From positions 390,001-422,000 of the forward strand of contig CP064992.1 of NCBI GenBank assembly GCA_016699935.1: DNA of 32,000 bases, in the 5' to 3' direction. This DNA comes from Candidatus Saccharimonadota bacterium (GTDB lineage: Bacteria; Patescibacteriota; Saccharimonadia; Saccharimonadales; UBA4665). A program made the translations under genes and the position numbers. Below are positions 18,184 through 27,085 of this stretch, in pieces (position 1 is the first letter of the stretch; every line of letters begins with the position of its first letter). The notes under the pieces were generated by a model. The model had not been told where the DNA came from and ran no database searches. It worked only from the letters and a program-made list of their open reading frames with translations.

Positions 18184-19030
18184 TTTGTTACCCTCTGACT
18201 TTCGCTATACAGGGACTCGTGTGCGGTAACCCAGTCAGCCATTTCTTCCACCATCTGAGCATAGCTCGGTATTTCAAAATCAAAATCTGTTGTCCTCATC
18301 AAGCTTTTATTGCTTACGTAATCACTTTTACGATTGATGATAATGTCTTTATTGAAACTCTCTTTGAACAAAGAAATAAGGCTAAATTTATCTATCGTTT
18401 CATTGTTCACCGCATGCCGGAGGCCGGTGAGATTATTGACGATTGCTTTTTCCATACATTTTGCAAATTGGAGTGTGGTCACCCCTGTCCAGATAACTTT
18501 GTCGAATCCATTGGTTTCTTTTTCTTGGTTCATAAACCACTGGAACAGACCAATTCCATTTTGGTTTACATCTGGGCCAACTATTGACGTACGGAGCGTT
18601 ACGCTCGACTCATTATTCGTTTCACCGAGGCCCTTAGACCGTCCATAAAAGTCATTTGCATTTCTAAAGCTGTTTTCGGTGTACTCGCCCGCCTTGCCGT
18701 CAAAGACGCAGTCGGTTGAAACATGCACAAATTTTGCGCCTTTAGCTCTACATATGCCATCGACATGGTGCGGCAGATAGCTATTGATGAGGACCGCCAG
18801 TGGCTTGTTGTCTTCTGCCACCTTGTTCAATATACCAATACAGTTAATGACGGCGTCCGGTTTAAAATCCTCAACAAATGCTTCAATATCGTTCATATTT
18901 TTGTGGCATCAAATATGTAATCGGCGCCATCGAACCGAGACGTCCCTCGTACGTCATGACCCTGTTCCTGGAAATACAAACGTACAATGTGGCCAAGCAT
19001 TCCATCAGAACCTAGTACAAGTAATCTCAT
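18180..19030 (-). pseudogene. RmlD-like NAD(P)-dependent sugar-nucleotide 4-reductase (WbvR/FnlB-role candidate), one frame break
   Basis: ATG 19030 gives MRLLVLGSDGMLGHIVRLYFQEQGHDVRGTSR (Rossmann GxxGxxG), then a stop. ORF 18180-18896 continues with DAVINCIG...VHVSTDCVFDG...Y..SK. ATGA overlaps at both ends (19027-19030 and 18180-18183). Confidence 0.75.
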
Positions 19031-20022
19031 GTTTCGACCTCCCCATTTTTATTAGGAGCTCGATTGTCCCCTTTTCGTCCAATCGTTCGGTAACATCGGA
19101 GCTATACGGTCGGTATTCTTTACTTCACCGCTACCCTCCGGGTAGAATGTATTGTAGTTCATGTCGCGGTTATCCATGGGGATTCTGAAGAAATTACCCA
19201 TGTCTTCGCTCTTTGAAACTTCTTCACTCGTGACCAACACCTCATGCGCTTTTCGCCATGCCTAGTGCCAATAATGACCGTTTTTGCATTTGACCCTTTA
19301 TATTTCTTTACTGCGGCCGCTAAGGTAGCGATGGTTGCTGCTGGCGCCTTCTGCACGAAAAAGTCACCCTGTTTGCCATGCTGAAATGCAAAATAACCAA
19401 ATCTACTGCGTCTGCTAGTGTCATCATAAATCGAGTCATGTTAGGGTCGGTTATGGTTAGTGGCTTGCCTTCTGAGATAAGTTTATAAAAAGAGGTATCA
19501 CTGAGCCACGTGAACCCATAACGTTTCCGTATCTCGTTAGGCAAATAGTCGTCTTTGCGCCCACGCCAAGCTGGCGAGCCTTGGCGACGATGATTTTCTC
19601 CATCATGGCTTTGCTGGTGCCCATCGCATTTATGGGGTAGGCCGCTTTGTCGGTACTGAGGCAAATTATCTTTTTACACCATGGTTTATGGCGGATGTGA
19701 GGACATTGTCTGTACCGATCACATTCGTCTTTACCGCTTCGAGTGGAAAGAATTCACAAGATGGTACTTGCTTTAGAGCGGCCGCATGAAATATATAATC
19801 AACGCCTTTCATCACAACATCAACACTGCTCATGTCTCGCACGTCGCCGATGTAGAATTTGAGCTTCGGGTTGTTATAATGCTTTCGCATGTCATCTTGC
19901 TTTTTCTCATCGCGCGAAAAGATTCGGATTTCACTAACGTCAGTATGTAAAAATCCTTTGAGCACTTCATTACCAAAAGAGCCCGTGCCACCCGTAATTA
20001 GTAATACTTTGTCTCTAAACAT
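19027..20022 (-). pseudogene. UDP-N-acetylglucosamine 4,6-dehydratase/5-epimerase (FnlA/CapE/WbjB/WbvB family), about 3-4 frame breaks
   Basis: N-terminal piece 19666-20022, MFRDKVLLITGGTGSFGNEVLKGFLHTDVSEIRIFSRDEKKQDDMRKHYNNPKLKFYIGDVRD...HAAALKQVPSCEFFPLEAVKTNVIGTDNVL, is near-consensus for this family. Pieces 19320-19664, 19159-19356 and 19052-19240 continue it. SD GAGGAG lies upstream. Confidence 0.85.
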
Positions 20023-20050
20023 ACACTCTCCTCGCAGTATGCATTATGTT

Positions 20051-21233
20051 TCAATTACCGCACTCTTCACCCTCTTTCGTACTTGTACTCAAGCCTCGAG
20101 GGGCCCCCAACGTCCACTTTCCATCATCGATTACTCTGAACGCAAATGCCATCTCTTTTATATCAATCACTCCTCCTGTTTTACTCATCACCGCTGCCGA
20201 TGCCGAATATCTCCCGGGTCCAATGTCTAACTTTATAGTACAGGTAAAATCAGCATGAGTCAGCCCTGTGCAATCGTCGAGTTACTACCAAATACATAGA
20301 CACCATCACTCCGTGTGATGCCAGTCCCCATTATGTGCTTTGGTCGGGTCGAATTTTCCTTCCAAGATACGTGAAGTGATAATTCTTCGGATGGCAGGTA
20401 AACCTCTTTCACTGGGAGTTTGATAATAAACTGTGAGTCCTTGGGTTTCTTAGTGTCCTTGGCATTTTCAGTGCAGTTTCTTGAGCGTCGTCTTTCTTTG
20501 TGTTCATGTCCGAATACTGCTCGGCGACACTATCCACAGAGCCTATGTGCACTATCTTTCCATCATCTATGAGCATTGCTCTGGTACAAAGATTTCGTAC
20601 GGTGCTCATATCGTGCGTCACGAGTACTACCGTTTGCTTGGTTCTCCTGTATTCCTCAAATATTCTGAGGCACTTTTGTTGGAACGCTTCGTCGCCGACC
20701 GCGAGGACCTCGTCGAAGATGAGTATGTCGTTTTTGGCTTTGATGGCTATGGAAAATGCAAGCCGCACCTGCATGCCAGAAGAATAGTTCTTGAGCTTCT
20801 TATCCATATGCTCGTGGAGTTCAGCAAAATCTACAATTTCATCGTACATTCCGTCTACGACCTTACGCGGATAACCAAGCAGTGAGGCGCTTAGGTACAC
20901 ATTGTCTTTCCCGCTGAGTTCGGGGTTGAACCCAACACCAAGTTCTATAAAAGGAGTAAGATTCCCATTGATTTCGACCGCACCACTATCTGGCGCATAT
21001 ACACCAGCGAGTATTTTTAGCAGCGTGCTTTTGCCGCTACCATTTCGGCCAACTATACCAAAGAACTCGCCTTTCTTAACCTCAAAGTCAATTCCATCCA
21101 ACACTTTTTGGCGCTGTTTTATGTGCTTTTTGCCAGCATTTACCAACAGCTGTTTTATGGACGTGTTCTTACTTTCTGCAATCTCAAAATTTGTATGTAG
21201 ATTATGTACTTTAACTGCTATATCGTCAGTCAT
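20051..21233 (-). pseudogene. wzt: Polysaccharide ABC exporter ATP-binding protein with C-terminal carbohydrate-binding-like domain (Wzt type), 2-3 frame breaks in the C-terminal third
   Basis: ORF 20409-21233 holds Walker A GRNGSGKST, signature YSSGMQVRL and Walker B ILIFDE. Downstream frames read ENAKDTKKPKDSQFIIKLPVKEVYLPSEELSLHVSWKENSTRPKHIMGTGITRSDGVYVFGSNSTIAQG, then LTHADFTCTIKLDIGPGRYSASAAVMSKTGGVIDIKEMAFAFRVIDDGK. The stitched length is ~390 aa. Confidence 0.78.
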
Positions 21234-22025
21234 CTATATATTCTCCGCAAACAATCTTGCTTGACTCTTGAAGTAGATACTCGACAGCACTACCGATATG
21301 GCAACTATAGCAATGGGGATCAGGCCGAACCATAACGGGGCTATCTGCCACACATTAATAGCATCTGGAGTAACTAGCATATACCGCGCATCCTGAATAA
21401 TTTGCGTCATGGGATTAAGGAAAAAGTACTGGCGATACTGTTCTCCAACATACGTTAGTGGGTAGAGAATTGGGGTTGCATAAAATGCAGCCTGTAGGCC
21501 AACTTCCCAGATGTATGTAATATCTCGGAACTTTACATACAGTGCCGACAAGAAGAATGCCAAAGCTGTTGAAAAATAAACAATTCCGCAAATGGAAGTG
21601 GCAACAGTAGCCAAAGCCAAGTTGGACTGACTCCATTGATAAATGCAAAAAGAATAACTACTACTAGGTTGATTCCCAGATTGATTAGTGCTGACGCAGA
21701 AGAGCTCAAAACCGTCAGGTAGCGAGGAATTGCTATTTTTCTAATCAAATCGCCCTTACCCACAACCGCACTCATACCAATAATCGTTGACTCCGCAAAG
21801 AAGTTCCAAATCACGATTCCCAGAAGAAGGTAAACGGGATAGTGTGGTACGCCCTTGCCTATCTTAAAAATGTAAGTAAAAACAACGTACAGGATCACAA
21901 ATAGAAATAGCGGGCGGAGCACCGACCACAGATATCCAAGTGCTGAGCTCTGGTATCTTACCTTAAAATCAGCACTAAACCATTTCTCTCAATATTGAGC
22001 GATTTTTTATCGACAGATATCTCAT
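21234..22025 (-). pseudogene. wzm: Polysaccharide ABC exporter permease (ABC-2 type, Wzm/TagG-like), at least 2 frame breaks
   Basis: ATG 22025 gives MRYLSIKNRSILREMV, then a shift into SADFKVRYQSSALGYLWSVLRPLFLFVILYVVF... (piece 21533-21922), then piece 21234-21620. Multi-TM throughout. It abuts the wzt start (21233). Confidence 0.75.
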
Positions 22026-22036
22026 ATGCTCAAGTG

Positions 22037-22045
22037 ATTATACCA
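22037..22045 (-). promoter_or_regulatory. Candidate extended -10 element (TGGTATAAT) for the island operon
   Basis: The reverse complement of 22037-22045 is TGGTATAAT, 11 nt upstream of the wzm ATG (22025). No good -35. Motif match only. Confidence 0.3.
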
Positions 22046-22122
22046 CTGATTAGTCATAACGTATTAGTGGCCGCCCCACACGCTATTTGCTATCTCCTCC
22101 CCATGGGTCATACTATGTACTG

Positions 22123-23240
22123 ATGAAACGAGTCGCACTCATCAGAAATTCATACTCCTACGACTTCGGTGGGGCGGAAATTTATCCCATTAACTTAGCG
22201 AAGCTGTTGCCCGCCCATGGCTACAAACCAATAGTGCTTTCTGCAAACAAAAACACTAACCTATGCCAAAGATGCGCACGTAGAAACTGTTCGTTCGCCC
22301 TGGTGGTCATTCCAAAATTTTAGTGGAACGGGGCTGCTGCTATTCCCTCTCTACGTTTTCTGGCAGCTTTTTGTGACCTTGTGGTACGTTGTATTCTTTT
22401 TGTGGAAGCACATTGATGTAGTCCACGCCCAGAGCCGAGATGATTTCATCACTGCCACCCTTGCAGCTAAAATCCTGGGCAAGAAGGTGGTTTGGACCGA
22501 TCACGCAGATCTGAAATACATTTATATGCACCATAAAAAATGGTACAAGAACCCTGTTGAAAGTTAGTTTACCTAGCGGGTAAATTGGCCGACCACATCA
22601 CAATAGAGAGTCGTAGCGAGAAGAAGCTAATTGAAGAGTCTTTGGGCGGCAATTGCCTAACAACTACTTGGTTATCCATCTTGGCGTAGTAGACAAATAC
22701 AAGCCCGCTGCGCGAGACCGCGACACAGTAGTTTTGGTTTCCACCTCCAGACTAGTCAAGGCTAAGGGAATTGGAGAGATGATTGAGGCATTCAAATTAG
22801 TTGATGATGCGAATGCTAAATTAAAGATTTGCGGGGATGGCCCTGACGCTGCTTATTTTAGATCCTTAGCCAGCGGGATTAGTAACATTGAATTTCTAGG
22901 CCACGTGGAAGATGTAGTTCAAATTCTGCGCGAGTCAGACATACTAGTACACCCGAGCTATCATGAAGGTTTTGGACTCTCTTTAGTGGAGGCGGAGATG
23001 TGTGGTCTGCCCATAATCGCCTGCAACGTAGGAAGCATACCCGAGATTGTTAAAGATGGTACGAGTGGTATTTTAGTGGAGCCAAAAAACGTTGATGATC
23101 TAGCCAAAGCCATGGCTCTTCTAATAAAAAGTCACAAACTGAGAATCGACATGGGCCAAGCTGGACGCAAAATATTTCTGGATAACTTCCAGTTCGACAG
23201 AATCGTTCAAGAAAAGTTCCTTCCTATTTACTATTTGTAA
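22123..23240 (+). pseudogene. GT4-family glycosyltransferase, three frame breaks
   Basis: MKRVALIRNSYSYDFGGAEIYPINLAKLL... continues after breaks near 22250 (A run), ~22558 and ~22645 into piece 22653-23240, which contains VHPSYHEGFGLSLVEAEMCGLPIIACNVGSIPEIV. All three breaks behave as 1-nt deletions. Confidence 0.8.
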
Positions 23241-23258
23241 TTTTTATGTTACAATAAA

Positions 23259-24074
23259 ATGATGCCACCTCTCCGTTCTACCCCTGACTATTCACCCAAA
23301 AGGGTATTAGTTCACAACGCCCTTGAGGAGGCCTGGACTGCATACCTGCACCCTACCGAGCCAACCGAAGACATCGACCTGGTATGGGCATTATCTGCTC
23401 CCGGTACCGTAAAAACCCCGGCACAGTTTGAGCAAGAACCGGAAAACCCCTACAATGGCGAGTCTTTCAATGTTGGAATTGTTAATCACGCAGTCAGTGT
23501 TGTATTAAAGGTAACAGCGCTTCGCACCGGGAAGACAGTGGAAGAAGTCACAAAAGACGATATTATTAATCGCGGCCCCAAGCTGTTGTATAACGGTGAA
23601 TCGCTCAAAACCAAGGGAACGCGTTTTTCGAGTCAAAACGAAGACTTTTTAGAATTATGCAGGCACGTAGATTTTCCGATTCCTTTTCAAAACATAATCA
23701 TTGGTGAGATAGCTGAAGCTCACACACCTGCTCAGGTAAAACAGCTCGCTGAATTACTGCGGCGGGACGATGGTGTTCCACCTCCACGTAAGGTAGCCGT
23801 AGTCTGTGGTATACCCCACATGGTACGCACGGGTCGGTATTTGCAGCATTTTCGAACACTATTCTCTGATGGGACCAGCTTTGTACCTTCAGTCATTCCC
23901 CAGGGCAGCAAAGAAAAAATGAGCAAATTAACAGCCCTAGAGGTTAGAAAAGCGCTGTTTTACGCAGCTGTCGGCCATCTAGACCCAAGCTCTATCTTCT
24001 TCCCAAATGGCGTTCCTGACGCTCGTCCTCGCAATGTTCTACGCGACCAACGCACTACTAGACAGCACAAGTAG
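23259..24074 (+). CDS. Hypothetical protein, tentatively DUF218/YdcF-like (ElyC/SanA superfamily)
   Basis: Intact 271-aa ORF. The functional call rests on weak resemblance only: AEAHTPAQVKQLAELL plus KVAVVCGIPHMVRTGRYL resemble the DUF218 NT-ENA / VTS-HM-RA pattern. Confidence 0.5.
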   Translation: MMPPLRSTPDYSPKRVLVHNALEEAWTAYLHPTEPTEDIDLVWALSAPGTVKTPAQFEQEPENPYNGESFNVGIVNHAVSVVLKVTALRTGKTVEEVTKDDIINRGPKLLYNGESLKTKGTRFSSQNEDFLELCRHVDFPIPFQNIIIGEIAEAHTPAQVKQLAELLRRDDGVPPPRKVAVVCGIPHMVRTGRYLQHFRTLFSDGTSFVPSVIPQGSKEKMSKLTALEVRKALFYAAVGHLDPSSIFFPNGVPDARPRNVLRDQRTTRQHK

Positions 24075-24183
24075 GCCAGATTAAACATAATTAACTCAGT
24101 GTTTAACCAGAGCCGGACTAACTAGTTGGCGCTATTATCAACAATTCAAGAAGCTCTACGCTGAGGCGAGGAGAGAACTCAAG

Positions 24184-24192
24184 TGCTATAAT
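24184..24192 (+). promoter_or_regulatory. Candidate extended -10 element (TGCTATAAT) upstream of the GT4 pair
   Basis: TG at 24184-24185 and TATAAT at 24187-24192, 66 nt upstream of ATG 24258. Motif match only. Confidence 0.3.
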
Positions 24193-24257
24193 ACGATCTG
24201 TCGATTAGCATATTGGTTGTTCACTGGTCTATACGTGATGCGGACATATTTGTTTCT

Positions 24258-25415
24258 ATGAAAAAACTAGCAGTATTAAAATCCTTTTTGATGCCGGGCC
24301 GTTGGTCAATGGCAACAAGACTGGTGTTGGCAGAACGACCGAGGGGTTAGTTTTGGCGCTCGCTAGTGAGTTTCCCGAACAAATTGAATTGGTCGGTCAC
24401 TATTTTGATTTCATGAACCGCAAGAAGAATATTGAAGTCCCTGTAGCTTCAAATATTCGCTACAGACGCACAGTATTTATACCAGGTAAGGTCTTCAATA
24501 TGCTGAGGCGACTTGGCGTTTGGATACCTTTCGAGCTACTCGCAAAAGAACGAGGAGACTTTCATATTTTCCCTAGCTTTATTGGCTGGCCTAGTCTATT
24601 CCGCACACCTAGCGCACCCTTTATACACGACATAACATATATTGACTACCCAGAATATGTTAATGGCCCAGCTCAATTTGATTTAAAAACCATCATACCC
24701 AGAACAGTTCGCAGAGCGGCTTTTATTATCACTAATTCCGAGTCTTCTAAACAAGGAATATTACGCGAGTACCCTACGGCAAGGAAGCCTATCATTGTCG
24801 AACATTTGCCCGCTGTAGGCGCTGTGTTTATTTCTAAAAAGAAGCTGCTACGTGCTTACAAAGGCTGGGAGTCACGGGCAAATACCTGTTGTTTTTCGGA
24901 ACTTTGGAGCCACGCAAAAACCTGGTTGGGCTTATCGACGCATACCAAAAGCTAAAACCCATCGTACGCAACCAATACGCTCTGGTAATTGGTGGTGGTA
25001 AAGGCTGGAAGGATGATGAAATTATAAGTAGCCTCAACCGGCTCAGGGCGTCTGGCGCAACAATCTTTCAGACGGGATTTGTCAGCGACAAAGAGCGAGC
25101 AGCGCTATATATGGGCGCAACATTGTATGTGATGCCCTCACATTATGAAGGTTTTGGCATGCAACTTCTTGAGGGTATGACCTATGGTGTTCCCATGCTC
25201 GTGAGTGACATACCTGTGCTGCGCGAGGTCGCAGGAGATGCCGCAGCTTACTGCGGGACAGACCCCTCATCTATCGCTGTCGCACTTGAAAATCTGCTCA
25301 GTACTCCTGACCGGCGCGAAAAACTAGTCCAGGCGGGCAAAAAGCGGTTGCACAGTTTTTCTTGGAAAATGTTGCACGTGACATATACGCTAACATATTG
25401 GAGCACGTTCAATGA
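24258..25415 (+). pseudogene. GT4-family glycosyltransferase, three frame breaks
   Basis: MKKLAVLK then a shift (~24285, T run) into ILFDAGPLVNGNKTGVGRTTEGL (piece 24302-24955). A second shift (~24880) leads into LFFGTLEPRKNL...MPSHYEGFGMQLLEGMTYGVPMLVSD. A third shift (~25364) leads into ENVARDIYANILEHVQ. The stop TGA 25413-25415 overlaps the next ATG. Confidence 0.8.
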
Positions 25416-26501
25416 GCCGTATTGTCATCGACGCGCGCGAGTCTGGCACGAGCACTGGGCGATATGTCGACAAGCTCATCGAAAATCTCCACGCCCTACA
25501 GCCATCTCATTCATTTACGGTGCTGACAAAATCCCCCGTCTTGCCGCGCTGCAAAAACTTGCGCCCAGTTTTGACATAGTTCCGTCAGACATAAAAGAGT
25601 TTACCTTTGCCGAACAACTAGCCTTGAAGCGACAGATTCAAACCCTACGCCCCGATCTTGTTCACTTTACAATAGTGCAGCAACCGGTTTTTTACCGGGG
25701 AGTCGCCGTAACAACCATGCACGATCTAACGACCCTCCGTTTTCGTAACCCCGCAAAGAATACAGCGGTGTTTTGGGCCAAACAGCAGGTTTACAAATGG
25801 GTCAACAAGCGAGTTGCACGTAAATCTGTTGCTGTTATAACGCCGAGTGATTTTGTGAAGCAAGATGTTGCGCGGTACTGTAGTATTGCGCCAAGCAAAA
25901 TAACGGTTACCCACGAAGCAGCGGAAGCTATTTCAGATGCGGCGGAGTCAGTTGAGCTTCTAGCTGGCAAAGTATTCCTGATGTACACAGGAAGGCCAAC
26001 GCCACACAAAAATCTGGGGAGGTTGATAGATACATTTGCGGTGCTGCAAAAACATACCCTGAGCTTGTGTTAGTTTTGGCTGGGAAGAAAGATGCGAACT
26101 ATGCGCGGCATGAGGAACGTGTGCAGCGTTACGGCATACAAAATGTGGTATTTACCGGTTTTGTCAGCGAGGGCAGCTGCGCTGGCTGTATGAAAACTGT
26201 GCAGCGTATGTTTTCCCTTCATTAAGCGAGGGTTTGGGTTGCCGGGACTCGAAGCCATGGTGCACGGTGCGCCCGTAGTAAGTAGTGATGCAACGTGTTT
26301 ACCCGAAGTATATGGCGACGCAGCGCTGTATTTTGACCCGCTAGACGTTACCGACATGGCCGCAAAGATAGCTAGGTGCTAGACGACGAAACGCTACGAA
26401 GCAATTTGATACAAAAGGGCAGAGAACAAGCCACAAAATACTCCTGGCGCCGCACCGCCGAACAAACCCTGGAAATCTACGAGAAAGCCCTCGGGGATTA
26501 G
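25412..26501 (+). pseudogene. GT4-family glycosyltransferase, about five frame breaks
   Basis: MSRIVIDARESGTSTGRYVDKLIENL..., then LMYTGRPTPHKNL, then (stitched) [79 protein letters not shown]. Breaks near 25520, 26048-26052 (A5), 26171, 26233 and 26368 are all deletion-type. Confidence 0.8.
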
Positions 26502-26508
26502 TAGTCTA

Positions 26509-27067
26509 CTACTGAATAATATTCTTTTTGCGCCGCCCCGAGCAATCATATTCAACCGAAAAATCCCTTTTTCGCACTATCACTACCTCTTCCGTCCCCA
26601 GTTGTTTTATAGCCATAAGTTACTGCACAGGTTAATGACTCATAGGAGTAGACAAGCACTCCTAGTGGACTGTAATCTTTGAGTAAATTCCTGGTGTTAT
26701 CATACTCAAACTTCCAGGGTAATTCTTTCCTCTGCATATTTATCTTTCCGACGATTTGGTCTCTTTCTCCTCAGTAACAACATAGCTAACCTTCCCAGAA
26801 ATCATGCAGCTTAAGCGCCCCTTGTCGTATTTTGCTGACAAATATCTACACTGCCTGGCTACCTCTTTTGAGCTTGGTGCAAATTTTGCGGCGTCGTTCG
26901 TTAACTGAGTAATCTGGGCGCTTTTCTTCATCAAATACTTTTTTTCATTTCTCACCTCTTTGTGCCGGTTCAGCACAAAACCGCTTGCTACCACCACGCC
27001 CAAAACAAGTAGGACGCTGAGGATGTATAGTACGCTTTTTCCACTCTGTTAGAAATTCTTTAACCAT
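26509..27067 (-). pseudogene. Membrane-anchored hypothetical protein(s), fragmented; may be one ~185-aa protein or two small ORFs
   Basis: ATG 27067 gives MVKEFLTEWKK, then a shift at an A5 run into SVLYILSVLLVLGVVVASGFVL (TM helix) and ORF 26740-27003. ORF 26552-26737 follows in another frame. No recognisable domain. Confidence 0.4.
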
Positions 27068-27085
27068 AAGTGTATTTTACCAGCT

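Larger units (their letters stand above)
10755..22122 (-). other. AT-rich genomic island carrying an ABC-transporter-dependent polysaccharide biosynthesis operon (boundaries approximate)
   Basis: Clear drop in GC by eye relative to glmS, PMM and yidC. Eleven co-directional minus-strand genes with overlapping or abutting start and stop codons. See the individual genes and findings. Confidence 0.7.

Noticed and set aside
16102-21264. Plus-strand ORFs inside the island (16102-16332, 17861-18067, 18219-18587, 18334-18648, 18784-19188, 19889-20230, 20481-20885, 20902-21264)
   Set aside because: All lie antisense to minus-strand genes that have strong family signatures. Their translations are low-complexity or hydrophobic with no motifs. 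They are typical shadow ORFs of AT-rich coding DNA.
10755-22122. Integrative mobile element (integrase, transposase, tRNA attachment site, flanking direct repeats) at the island borders
   Set aside because: Neither border (10755-10783, 22026-22122) shows a tRNA fragment, IS-like terminal inverted repeats or matching direct repeats. No recombinase-like ORF exists in any frame. The island call therefore rests on composition and gene content only.
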